From a virus: 64,000 nucleotides of DNA. Numbering within the stretch: position 1 is the first letter of the stretch; the number at the start of each line of letters is the position of its first letter. Under the pieces are notes generated by a model, which did not search any database, was not told the origin of the DNA, and saw only the letters and a program-made list of their open reading frames with translations. Shown here in pieces: positions 29,453 to 38,808 of the stretch. Location: the IMG/VR virus record IMGVR_UViG_3300050343_000243, positions 1 to 64,000 of that record, one strand, 5' to 3'. The position numbers were made by a program, and so were the translations under genes.

Positions 29453-29474
29453 TATCAACTCGGAAGAGTTCCAC

Positions 29475-29498
29475 AGCCTCACTTCAGTGGGGCTTTTT
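29475..29498 (+). terminator. psbA terminator
   Basis: AGCCTCAC-TTCA-GTGGGGCT plus T tract; near-identical copy at 30511-30534. Confidence 0.75.
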
Positions 29499-29514
29499 AA
29501 TATCAAGAATTAAT

Positions 29515-29733
29515 ATGGCTAAAAGTGAATTCATCGATCAACTAGCATCAGCTATGGAACAACTAGGATTTACATCTGATGTTCCCTTAGATATTGCTAT
29601 TGCCGGTGGCCAGGTCTACGAGATCGAAGGTACTGGCACTAAGTGGTCACCTAAAAAAGGTACCCGCAAATACAACAATGATGCATTCATTGTTATCCGT
29701 AAAGTTACACCTGTTATATCTTCCAATGCTTGA
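29515..29733 (+). CDS. Hypothetical cyanophage protein
   Basis: 72 aa. Confidence 0.65.
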   Translation: MAKSEFIDQLASAMEQLGFTSDVPLDIAIAGGQVYEIEGTGTKWSPKKGTRKYNNDAFIVIRKVTPVISSNA

Positions 29734-29938
29734 ACTTCTCACTTATTACGTGATCGGAGGAGCACTACTTGTTGGTGCCCCTGCTGTATTTTTCCTGATT
29801 GCCTTTATGCCTGCATTGCAAAACACAAAAGGTAGGATGGTTGGATATAAAGATCACAAGCAATACGGTGACATCTCTTCCTATGAGAATGCACCTGTAG
29901 ATCAAACAAAGTTTTATCTGGTGCTGTCAGATGATTAA
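29726..29938 (+). CDS. Small membrane protein
   Basis: MLELLTYYVIGGALLVGAPAVFF... Confidence 0.65.
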   Translation: MLELLTYYVIGGALLVGAPAVFFLIAFMPALQNTKGRMVGYKDHKQYGDISSYENAPVDQTKFYLVLSDD

Positions 29939-30170
29939 AGTACTATTAGCTGCTTCATTGCTACTTGCTGGATCATCAGTACTAGCAGAAGAAACACGTT
30001 GGCCTAGCTATTGCATACGTTCAGTAGAACAGAATGCTGCTGGATATCTATTAGATATGCCTGGCTGGCCTTATGGTATGGATAACAAACCAATGCAAGT
30101 CTCATCATTAGATAGGCTTGACAATACAAACGAATGTTCACCTAACGACCCAAGAATAAGCAATGATTAA
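29931..30170 (+). CDS. Small secreted protein
   Basis: Signal peptide. Confidence 0.55.
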   Translation: MIKVLLAASLLLAGSSVLAEETRWPSYCIRSVEQNAAGYLLDMPGWPYGMDNKPMQVSSLDRLDNTNECSPNDPRISND

Positions 30171-30417
30171 AGCACTCTTCAGTCTTATGTTCGCTGCACT
30201 TATGTGGGTGCAAGTCCCACAGTGGAGTGATGACTGGAGCAAGTGCTCCGTTGATGTCCCTGACGTTGCTTGTCATTGGTATATCACGGCACCTGATTCA
30301 ACTATGGGTGAAGGATTTAGCTGGGCTAATGCACCTTGGTTCTCTGTTGAAGGCTTGCGTGACGTAAGTCAACTAACAGATACCGTGCAATCTATACAAA
30401 CAACCCATAATCTGTAA
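30163..30417 (+). CDS. Small Trp-rich protein of picocyanobacterial type
   Basis: VQVPQWSDDWSKCSVDVPD motif. Confidence 0.65.
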   Translation: MIKALFSLMFAALMWVQVPQWSDDWSKCSVDVPDVACHWYITAPDSTMGEGFSWANAPWFSVEGLRDVSQLTDTVQSIQTTHNL

Positions 30418-30510
30418 GTCCTTGCTATATTTAATCAGGGACTAATAAGTCTCTAGAGTAGTAAGCAAGGATAATAACTTGTTTGTTTCATAGGTTGTAT
30501 CAATGGGTGT

Positions 30511-30534
30511 AAGCCTCACTTCGGTGGGGCTTTT
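30511..30534 (+). terminator. Intrinsic terminator
   Basis: AAGCCTCAC-TTCG-GTGGGGCTTTT. Confidence 0.7.
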
Positions 30535-30567
30535 CATTAAGTGTTAACTGTACCCCAATAAATAATT

Positions 30568-30852
30568 ATGAAAAGAGAATCTCCGGAGTTTTGGGGAGCC
30601 TTATGGGGCTCATCTATTGGGTGTGGCGTTATCGCCATACTCGTACTGCTTACATCATGCAAAGTAAATGACAGATTTGCGGCAAGTATCATCGACGATT
30701 CAGCTAACACAAGCTGTGTCGCTGGGTATGTGGAAGATACGCCCGGTAAAGGCACGATTGATATCTATACCGAGACCATCGGTACTGAAAGTATCTCCAA
30801 CGTTAGCATTGAAATTGCAGATGAAATCTCTCACTCAATCGGCAACTGCTAA
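30568..30852 (+). CDS. Membrane-anchored hypothetical protein
   Basis: N-terminal hydrophobic helix followed by Cys. Confidence 0.55.
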   Translation: MKRESPEFWGALWGSSIGCGVIAILVLLTSCKVNDRFAASIIDDSANTSCVAGYVEDTPGKGTIDIYTETIGTESISNVSIEIADEISHSIGNC

Positions 30853-30991
30853 TGGACTTTACTCAAGAAGAACTAAATGATATTCGTGCTGCAGTAGTTC
30901 TCTATATGCAGAACAATATCTCAATTAGAAATCCTCGTTACCAAGAGTTCGAGGTTATACTAAAGAAGCTTAATAAAACATTACAAGAGAA

Positions 30992-31183
30992 ATGACTACA
31001 ATTACAGAAGACGGCGGAAGAACAAATATCTACGCCAAAGAACCACAAGTACAAGTAATGGAGGTCTCCGTGACACACAACGAAATCGCTGAAAAACTAA
31101 ATGGACGGCTTGCAATGCTGGGTGTTATCGCTGCCATTGGTGCTTATGCTGTCACCGGTCAGCTGGTTCCCGGCGTATTTTGA
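30992..31183 (+). CDS. hli: High-light inducible protein
   Basis: AEKLNGRLAMLG...TGQLVPGVF. Confidence 0.95.
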   Translation: MTTITEDGGRTNIYAKEPQVQVMEVSVTHNEIAEKLNGRLAMLGVIAAIGAYAVTGQLVPGVF

Positions 31184-31249
31184 TTGGTCTAATGGGTTCT
31201 ATTCAGGACCTGCACTAATGATTAAACTATCGCAATGGTAGTTGTGAAT

Positions 31250-31283
31250 GCCCCCTCCGGGGGCTATATTAAATAGGTGCCCG
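31250..31283 (+). promoter_or_regulatory. Hairpin element 18 (13-nt spacer)
   Basis: GCCCCC-TCC-GGGGGC, 13 nt, TGCCC...GGGC hairpin; ATG 31317. Confidence 0.65.
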
Positions 31284-31316
31284 GCGATTGGGCCTGAACA
31301 TATATATTTCAATTGA

Positions 31317-31490
31317 ATGCAAATATCAAGAGAGCAGCTTGCGGAACTCCGTGAGCTCATTGAAGACACAGCAGAATACTTCTGCGACGAAAACAAATTG
31401 TCTGGCGAACTCGCATGGACATGCATCGAATGTTTAGCCACTGCAAAGCTGGCTGAAATGCAAGGTCTCATCACAGCGGATCAAGCCTGA
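31317..31490 (+). CDS. Small hypothetical protein (57 aa)
   Basis: MQISREQLAELRELIEDTAEYFCDE... Confidence 0.6.
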   Translation: MQISREQLAELRELIEDTAEYFCDENKLSGELAWTCIECLATAKLAEMQGLITADQA

Positions 31491-31661
31491 TGAAGGATTC
31501 CCGTGGTCTTGCAGAACTATTCATGCACTTTGTTCGTCAACTGATAATCGAAAATGAAGCGGACAACCCACAAGAGTTGTACCAACTAGTGGCTGATCGC
31601 AGTCAAGCAGAAGCCAATCGATTGATGGCTTTAGATCCTGATCGCAACAAATAAAACTTAT

Positions 31662-31694
31662 GCCCCCTCCGGGGGCTTGATTCTTCCATGCCCA
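31662..31694 (+). promoter_or_regulatory. Hairpin-N12-TG element 19
   Basis: GCCCCC-TCC-GGGGGC, 12 nt, TGCCC-ATAT-GGGC; ATG 31724. Confidence 0.75.
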
Positions 31695-31723
31695 TATGGG
31701 CTTCAACTACATCCAAACTAACT

Positions 31724-32368
31724 ATGACTATCGCTCCTGTTAATACCTCTGTTCTTTCTCAATTCATTGGCGAAGTACAAGACAGCTACGACATGATGAT
31801 CGGCATCGCTCTTGTCAAAGAGTCCGATGCAGTGTTCTTCGAGTACCAGGGCGACAAGCAACAGCCTGTGCCTCTCATGCTGTCGAACGGTCGTCCTCTC
31901 ACATACCTGCGGAACGTGCGTCTGGGTGGTATCAGCATTGCCGAAGACATTGGTGAGTTCAACTCCACCAAGCTCAACATCATTCTCGAAGCTGGCGGCA
32001 AGCGTGTACTTGTTACCTCTGGTCTCACTACTCTCTGGTCTCAAGCTGTGATGACTGGCCTCATGGGCATGTTCAACAGCTACGACCTTGATACTCCTTT
32101 CACTCTCAACACATGGAAGGGTACCTCGAAGATGCGACCTGCATTCGCTTCTATCAAGCTTGCTGGTGACGTCAAAGTTTCTGATCAGATGCTGTACGAC
32201 CAGCTCTGTGAACTCCGTAGTGATCGCGCTGCCGACAAGATCAAAGCTGTCATGCGTGACTCCGTAGAGATCCTGGCCGCTGGCCTGGCTGGTGGTATGC
32301 CTGCCATCAGTGTTGTTGTCGAAGAGCCCAAAGCTCTTACCTCTGTTGAGGAAGCTCTCGACTTCTGA
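31724..32368 (+). CDS. Hypothetical protein
   Basis: 214 aa with an acidic C-terminus ending EEALDF. Confidence 0.7.
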   Translation: MTIAPVNTSVLSQFIGEVQDSYDMMIGIALVKESDAVFFEYQGDKQQPVPLMLSNGRPLTYLRNVRLGGISIAEDIGEFNSTKLNIILEAGGKRVLVTSGLTTLWSQAVMTGLMGMFNSYDLDTPFTLNTWKGTSKMRPAFASIKLAGDVKVSDQMLYDQLCELRSDRAADKIKAVMRDSVEILAAGLAGGMPAISVVVEEPKALTSVEEALDF

Positions 32369-32528
32369 ATGACTAATCGGGTAGTCACCGAGATGCATGC
32401 AGCACGTAGGTATCTAACCAACGTGCTCTTGCACTTAAGTGTTGACGCAGACAATCTCACTGTCTATCAGTTGATCCAATTACTTGATCACTTTGCAGAA
32501 CACCCAAATGAATACATCGAACTAACCA

Positions 32529-33961
32529 ATGACAACTATCTCTGAACTACCTGACTATGACGTCCTCGATGTCGTACTCCTGTGCCACGCAGCACTGGCC
32601 CAAGACTCACCAGAATTTCCTACGCACTATCTCAACCAGATACTCAACATCATGTTTGGTTATCTCACTAGCGATCAGCGCCAGGAAGTCGAAGTGTACC
32701 TTGCTGAAAAGAAGTATCTACCTCCACTGAAACTACACCGTCCTAACTCATGATTTGCATTCAACAACAAGTTTGGATTACCAAAGAATCCTTTGAAGAC
32801 GAGGAACTTGCAAAAAAAGAATTGGAGCTGCTCAATCGTCGTTTAATTAATGGTGAACAACGTACAGCCTTTCGTCTAATCACTAAATCATGACACTCTC
32901 AGTAATTGAACAAACCAACTTTCGTAACTACATCGTTCATCGATTGATGCTTGAAATCGAACGTCTTATTCCTGAGTACATAAACACTAATCAATATCTC
33001 ATTGAGCATATTGAAGACAAAGGCTATGAGTCTGTCGAAGAATCTTACGTCCAAGACGCAAGCAACATCACCTTTACCTGGCCACCTGACCCTTTTGGAA
33101 GATCATGAACCTATCAACTGACCAACTCGAAGACTTTCGATGGCATCTACGCAATGCTTTAGACAATAACATTCTTGAGGAAATCAACTTCTATGTAGAT
33201 CAAGTTGCATCACAGCTGCATAATGATAATGAAGCTAAGCGTGCACAACTTATAAATACATTGTGCGATGAGGCTCAACTATTACGTATTACCTTTGACG
33301 ACGAATGAAAGACTTTGACGTAGTTTATGTAGATCAATCAGGTAACAAACAAGACTATGTAGTTACCGCTATCGATACCAATACAGCGATTGCAAATACA
33401 TTAGAGCTTCGCTCTGATTGTCGTCGTGTAATTCGCTGTGCACCTAAACCAATGTTTGAAGATGACAATTAACCATCACGTAATTCTGACAGAAAAAGAA
33501 CAATTGATTGCTGTCCAAGCAGTTGATTTTTTCTATCGCTACTTCAAAGGAACTATTGAATCAGATGACTTTGAACAAAGTCGTCTAGCTGCTCGTGAAT
33601 ACGGGCATGAATCAATCAGTGACCTAGCCACCAAAATTGCTACCTCAAACTAATGTTCAAGCTCAACACCGAGATGGAAGCAGTTCCTGTGACTGCTCCT
33701 GAAGTTCGCACTGTCTTCAATCCGGTCACACTAAATGAAGACGAGCACCTTGCTTACGATGCTGAAATCCAGTACAAACGTAAGCCACCTGCTGTTCGCA
33801 TGATTATGTGCAGCAGATTAGATAATGTAAATGTCGGTGAACCTGTGATGATCTCCTATCACATGGGCATGCGTTGTTACCAACATGCGCGGCATTTAGT
33901 AATATCTAATAGTGAGAATTGTATTGGTGGTTTCTATTACACCAATGGACAACCTGCATAA
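32529..33961 (+). other. Run of coupled small hypothetical ORFs (32529, 32890, 33105, 33438, 33653 and others)
   Basis: Abutting start/stop junctions. Confidence 0.6.
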
Positions 33962-33964
33962 CTA

Positions 33965-34312
33965 ATGATGAAAAATTACAAGCTCTATGTTTTTACCCAA
34001 GACGGCTGTGCTCCATGCACTCGTCTTAAAGATCACGTTTCTACCCTCACTAATGATGAGCAAGCTGAACTGGACTTTGTTCCTCTTAAAACGCCCACAG
34101 GCAGCCGTACAGCGCTTGCGGAGGAGCTTGCGGTGGAGTTGTCACCAACACTCGTCGTTGTACACGAGGAGGTCTCTTGCAAACTTGATGAAGATGGTGA
34201 CGAAGACTGCGACTATGTCGAACAGTCAGTCGAAAGATTCGTTGGGGCGAACAGCATCATCGAACATCTCCAAGCAACATTAGACGCCTACACCTACGCA
34301 CATCCTGAATGA
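33965..34312 (+). CDS. Glutaredoxin/thioredoxin-like protein
   Basis: VFTQDGCAPC (CxxC) and SPTLVV cis-Pro motif. Confidence 0.8.
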   Translation: MMKNYKLYVFTQDGCAPCTRLKDHVSTLTNDEQAELDFVPLKTPTGSRTALAEELAVELSPTLVVVHEEVSCKLDEDGDEDCDYVEQSVERFVGANSIIEHLQATLDAYTYAHPE

Positions 34313-34488
34313 CAATCGACTTAACCCGAGAAGAGATGATCGACCGGATTATTGAAGAACAATATGATGGTATGGATTACAAAGCTCTTTGGCACTTCTT
34401 TGAGTGGCATCAACAGCGTGAATACGCTGACTACAAGACAGAAGAAATTGAAACTGAATACAAAGAACTGTTTTCCGAAGAAGAATGA
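34309..34488 (+). CDS. Acidic small protein
   Basis: MTIDLTREEMIDRIIEEQYDGMD..., read directly from sequence. Confidence 0.55.
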   Translation: MTIDLTREEMIDRIIEEQYDGMDYKALWHFFEWHQQREYADYKTEEIETEYKELFSEEE

Positions 34489-34685
34489 CACCTAACGAAC
34501 GCGAAGAGCTTATATTTGATTTAGCACAGGCAAGAGTAAGCAAACTATCTCACGCAGGCATCTTTGCCATGGCTGTAGATCAGATGTGTGATCTCTTGAA
34601 GAATGAACCTGATGAGCAATTGCTCAAGGTTTCACTTGGCTATGCACCTAAAGAGAAGAAAAAAAAGAAAGCTAAAGGATTCTAA
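34485..34685 (+). CDS. Hypothetical protein
   Basis: 66 aa, ends KKKKAKGF. Confidence 0.6.
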   Translation: MTPNEREELIFDLAQARVSKLSHAGIFAMAVDQMCDLLKNEPDEQLLKVSLGYAPKEKKKKKAKGF

Positions 34686-34906
34686 TGAAAATATATGTCA
34701 ACTACAACGTGAACGTCTCGTACACGGTTCCGATTGAACGTGAAACTCTTCCAACTGAAGATGAGTTGCTTGAATCAATTACTAGAGACGAGCTTTGCGG
34801 AGGCGATGGTGAACTGACTTGGGATGCAATTAAAGATGCATGGAGATTCTCCGATCCTTCAGATGTCATCGTCACTGACGACGAATTCAATGAACTATAT
34901 ATCTGA
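34685..34906 (+). CDS. Acidic hypothetical protein
   Basis: 73 aa. Confidence 0.6.
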   Translation: MKIYVNYNVNVSYTVPIERETLPTEDELLESITRDELCGGDGELTWDAIKDAWRFSDPSDVIVTDDEFNELYI

Positions 34907-34909
34907 CAA

Positions 34910-35134
34910 ATGGCTAAAGCAAATGTCATCCAAGCTAAAGGGGTGATTAATAAAGAAAGCGGCAACGGCTTCTTTCGTGTTGAACTCGAAGATCCTGCAG
35001 GACACCTGTGCCTTTGTCGTGCGTCAGGTAAACTTATTACTAGAAAAATTCAACTACTTGTAGGTGACAGAGTCACAGTAGAACTCTCTCCATATGACTT
35101 AGATCGTGGTAGGATTGTTCTCCGAGAGAAGTGA
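34910..35134 (+). CDS. infA: Translation initiation factor IF-1
   Basis: MAK..VI...G.I......FRVELE...SGK....I.LLVGDRVTVELSPYDLDRGRI. Confidence 0.92.
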   Translation: MAKANVIQAKGVINKESGNGFFRVELEDPAGHLCLCRASGKLITRKIQLLVGDRVTVELSPYDLDRGRIVLREK

Positions 35135-35174
35135 CTCTCGTTGCTTATAAGATAAACAAACTGATCACTATATT

Positions 35175-35612
35175 ATGTCCCGACTAGAAGAAGCCAAGCA
35201 GTTTCGTGAAACGTTTGGCCAAGAGATACTACCGAATATCTCCCGCTTTGGGTTTATCAAAACTCCACTGTGGAAAATGCAAATCAATCTTATCAAGGAA
35301 GAAGCATCTGAATTCCTTGTAGCAGCTGACGAAGTATATGCAGACCCTGAAAAAGATCCATTGCGTTCAGAGCTCCTCAAAGAGCTCTCTGACCTTGTTT
35401 TTGTTTGCTATCAGTTTGCTGCTACTTATAACCTTGATTTGGACGAGGCTTTACGTCGCGTTTACGAATCTAATATGAGTAAGCTAGACGAACAAGGCCA
35501 CGTCATCTATCGAGAAGATGGCAAGGTTCTCAAAGGACCTAACTATAAAAAGCCAGATCTCAACGGACTATTCCCTTCCTCTAATACTCTCTACGACACT
35601 CATGGAAAATAA
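35175..35612 (+). CDS. MazG-like/PRA-PH NTP pyrophosphohydrolase
   Basis: EEASE...KELSDL...SNMSKLD...REDGKVLKGPNY. Confidence 0.85.
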   Translation: MSRLEEAKQFRETFGQEILPNISRFGFIKTPLWKMQINLIKEEASEFLVAADEVYADPEKDPLRSELLKELSDLVFVCYQFAATYNLDLDEALRRVYESNMSKLDEQGHVIYREDGKVLKGPNYKKPDLNGLFPSSNTLYDTHGK

Positions 35613-37023
35613 TGTAATCGCCCGTACTGGACGGGTGCAATCTTGGATCGATGATCCCAACTCGCGCCTCCCCGTCAGCTGCACAGTTTTCGTGTGTGAC
35701 GACAGCATGACAGGACCTAATGGAATTGAGGCCAGCTGGCGCTACGTAAGTCACGGATTGCGCTTCGGGGCAGGAGTTGCAGTACATCTCTCAAACATTA
35801 GAGCAGCAGGAACTGATAACGGAAACGGACTAGTTGCAAGTGGGCCCTGCTCATTCGGCAAAATTTATTCCTGTCTCAACGAACAACTACGTAGAGGTGG
35901 GGTATACAAAAATGGCGCAGTAGTTCTGCACCTTGACCTCAACCATCCTGACATCCTTGAGTTTGTCAGTATGCCTAGGCAAGAAATTCCTTGGGCAAAG
36001 CGTTGCGTCAACCTATCCCCTGTCATGTGGGACATGGCTATTCCCGCTGTCAAAGAAGCAATCCTTAAAGGTATTGCTCGTGGTGACATCTGGCTTGCAA
36101 AGATCAGACGTGACCAGCACGGTGAACGCATTTACGCGAATGTGTGCCTCGAAGTTTTCCTCCGTAGCCGTGGCACTTGTCTCTTGGAGCACATAAACCT
36201 GGGGGCTTGTTCACCTGATGACCTTCCTGCTGCATTTATTGAAGGTATGGAAGAACTCATTGATCTCCACGCAAAGACAGGAGTCGAGAACACTGGTGAG
36301 TATTTAACTCAAGCTGAAGATCGTCAAGTCGGTCTTGGAATGCTTGGTCTCGCCAATCTCCTTGCACTGGAAAAGGTTACATACGCCCAATTTGGTGAAG
36401 CACTCACTGCTCATAATTACCCCGAAGGCGATTACATCGTGACTCCAGAAGCCAGTAAGATTGTTAAAGCACTTCAGCTAGGAATTGATTCTGCAGCTGC
36501 TGTAGCAGCACGAGCCAACATGGATCGTGCCTTTGCTATTGCTCCTACTGCGTCATGTTCCTACCGCTATACAGACAGAGCAGGCTATACAACTGCCCCC
36601 GAAATCGCACCGCCGATCGGACGCACCGTTGATAGGGACAGCTCTACATTTGGCGTTCAACAGTTCGACTACGGAGACGTAGAAACGGCAGAAGAATGTG
36701 GCTGGACTGACTACAGAAAAGTAGTTGACGGCATCATGGAAATGCTTAACCGAACTGGCCTGGCGCATGGCTACAGCTACAACACATGGAGTGATGTAGT
36801 TCAGTACACAGACGAGTTCATCGAACAGTGGCTGGATTCACCACAAACCAGTATGTATTACTCACTTCAAGTAATGCAAAACACCCAAGCCAAAGACGAC
36901 GCACTCGCTGCTTTGGATGGGAACTTTGGCACCATGTTCGGATTTGACGAACTAGATGCTGAACAAGATGATGTCCTTGACATTTTTAATGACCCCGCAA
37001 GTTGCGTGGGTTGTGCCGAGTAA
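35602..37023 (+). CDS. nrdA: Ribonucleotide reductase alpha subunit (compact cyano-podo/sipho type)
   Basis: VSCTVF, NVCLE, IAPTASCS, MYY, C-terminal CVGCAE. Confidence 0.9.
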   Translation: MENNVIARTGRVQSWIDDPNSRLPVSCTVFVCDDSMTGPNGIEASWRYVSHGLRFGAGVAVHLSNIRAAGTDNGNGLVASGPCSFGKIYSCLNEQLRRGGVYKNGAVVLHLDLNHPDILEFVSMPRQEIPWAKRCVNLSPVMWDMAIPAVKEAILKGIARGDIWLAKIRRDQHGERIYANVCLEVFLRSRGTCLLEHINLGACSPDDLPAAFIEGMEELIDLHAKTGVENTGEYLTQAEDRQVGLGMLGLANLLALEKVTYAQFGEALTAHNYPEGDYIVTPEASKIVKALQLGIDSAAAVAARANMDRAFAIAPTASCSYRYTDRAGYTTAPEIAPPIGRTVDRDSSTFGVQQFDYGDVETAEECGWTDYRKVVDGIMEMLNRTGLAHGYSYNTWSDVVQYTDEFIEQWLDSPQTSMYYSLQVMQNTQAKDDALAALDGNFGTMFGFDELDAEQDDVLDIFNDPASCVGCAE

Positions 37024-37040
37024 ACCACTTATTAATACCA

Positions 37041-37772
37041 ATGAAAGCAGCAACTCCCTACCTCCATCTACACGGACGTAAGCGTACGTGGACTCCCGTC
37101 GCAGTTTCAGCAGGCACACTGCTGGAAGGCGGTGAGGAAGTCATTCAACGAGCACTTGCACTCCGTTGTCTTGAGATTCCTGTCGGAGACTTCATCAGTG
37201 AAGCAATGAAAGGCGATCTTCCTCAAGTTGAAGGTTGCAAAGAGCTGCTTCTATCTAATGTTGTCGATGAAGAGAATCATGATGTTGCCCTCAACTTTGC
37301 AGCAGCTGCTCACAAAGTGCCTACTCGCTTTGAAGCAGAAGCTGACAGAATTAAAAAAGCATGGCTTGAACTGGACCGCCATCCGGTCCTTAAGGCCGTG
37401 GTGCTTGAGCGTTCCGTCTTCTTTGTCCTACTCCCGATCTTCCGATTCCTCGGAGACACAGGATTACGCACGACAAGTGCCGATATCTCACGGGACGAAC
37501 AGACCCACGTAGCGGCTAACACGCTTGTTTGTGAAGAGCTAGGACTTAAGTCTGACAAGGAGTTGAACAAACTGCGTCGTGCAACTGTTGCTTGGACACT
37601 CCAGTCTTTGCAAGCAAAAGCTGATCAGCGTTATTTGTCCAGTAACTTCTGGATGAAGAGTTCAGATTCTCTTTACACAATTGGCAAGGCTGAAGGGCTT
37701 GCTGAAACTAGAGCTTCACGAATGCCTGCCTTCTTTGAAACCGCTAATCAAAACCTTCCGCAGTACGCTTAA
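37041..37772 (+). CDS. nrdB: Ribonucleotide reductase beta subunit (ferritin-like)
   Basis: E...DEENH...E...DEQTH di-metal ligands; adjacent to alpha. Confidence 0.8.
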   Translation: MKAATPYLHLHGRKRTWTPVAVSAGTLLEGGEEVIQRALALRCLEIPVGDFISEAMKGDLPQVEGCKELLLSNVVDEENHDVALNFAAAAHKVPTRFEAEADRIKKAWLELDRHPVLKAVVLERSVFFVLLPIFRFLGDTGLRTTSADISRDEQTHVAANTLVCEELGLKSDKELNKLRRATVAWTLQSLQAKADQRYLSSNFWMKSSDSLYTIGKAEGLAETRASRMPAFFETANQNLPQYA

Positions 37773-38059
37773 TGCCACCTATTGAATTCACACTGAAAGA
37801 AAAAAATAAGATTCAAATTTTAGATCAAGAAATTGTCCCAGATTCATTTGACGACAGTAAGTTACCTACTGATATTCATATCGTCACCTATTCCTTGGGT
37901 GGCGAAACTAAATATGATGTTGTTCGTGCCTATGTCAAAGTAGATATCTTTGACGCCTACTACGACAAACTGAAGGGACAAGGAGAATTGCTAGAGATTA
38001 AATCTGGCTATGGAAAGATCAGACCAAACCTATATGGCAAAATCAAAAACGAAGAGTGA
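37772..38059 (+). CDS. Hypothetical cyanophage protein
   Basis: 95 aa. Confidence 0.65.
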   Translation: MPPIEFTLKEKNKIQILDQEIVPDSFDDSKLPTDIHIVTYSLGGETKYDVVRAYVKVDIFDAYYDKLKGQGELLEIKSGYGKIRPNLYGKIKNEE

Positions 38060-38149
38060 GTTAATCGAAGACTTGCTAATGTTAGTTAAGACAAAAGCAT
38101 CCTCATGCACTGTCAAACAACTACGCGTATTACTAACTAGTTATAAATA

Positions 38150-38782
38150 ATGCATTCGGCAAACCTAGTCTGGATAACACCAGACGCTGAAAAACTTATC
38201 GGGAAAATTGCCCGAGTATCCAATCCAAACAACGAGGATAATCCCAATGTCGAAGGCTTACTCAAGTACCTCATCAAACACAAGCACTGGAGCCCATTCG
38301 AAATGGCGTCCATGTGCGTCGAGATCGAGACTACTAGAGCTATTAGCCCGCAAATCTTACGCCACCGATCCTTCTCATTTCAGGAGTTCTCACAGCGCTA
38401 CGCACCAGCAATGGCAGTAGAGCTCCCTCGTCTACGTCGTCAGGACACAAAAAACAGACAAAACTCCATCGATGACATAGCTGAAGAGACTGCTGAATAC
38501 TATGAGAAACGGATTGAAGATCACTTCAGAGAGTCAGAAGCGTTATATGAATCACTTCTGCACTCTGGAGTAGCGAAAGAATGTGCACGTGCGGTGCTTC
38601 CTATTAACACTGGAACACGTATGTATATGTCTGGATCTATTCGATCATGGTTGCATTACTGTGATCTCCGTGCATGGCATGGAACCCAGTGGGAGCACAC
38701 ACAAATCGCTCTTAATTGCATGGATATATTGAAGGATGTTGTCCCAACTGTTGCTCGCGCAATGTGGCCAGAGACTCTATAG
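38150..38782 (+). CDS. thyX: Flavin-dependent thymidylate synthase
   Basis: HWSPFE, QILRHRSFSFQEFSQRY signature. Confidence 0.97.
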   Translation: MHSANLVWITPDAEKLIGKIARVSNPNNEDNPNVEGLLKYLIKHKHWSPFEMASMCVEIETTRAISPQILRHRSFSFQEFSQRYAPAMAVELPRLRRQDTKNRQNSIDDIAEETAEYYEKRIEDHFRESEALYESLLHSGVAKECARAVLPINTGTRMYMSGSIRSWLHYCDLRAWHGTQWEHTQIALNCMDILKDVVPTVARAMWPETL

Positions 38783-38808
38783 TTGAGACTGGATAATGAA
38801 CACCCTAT

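Noticed and set aside
31718-32398. Long antisense ORFs (e.g. 31718-32398, 20795-21211, 5258-5746, 61943-62383)
   Set aside because: They mirror the sense genes codon for codon and have no recognisable motifs; treated as shadow ORFs
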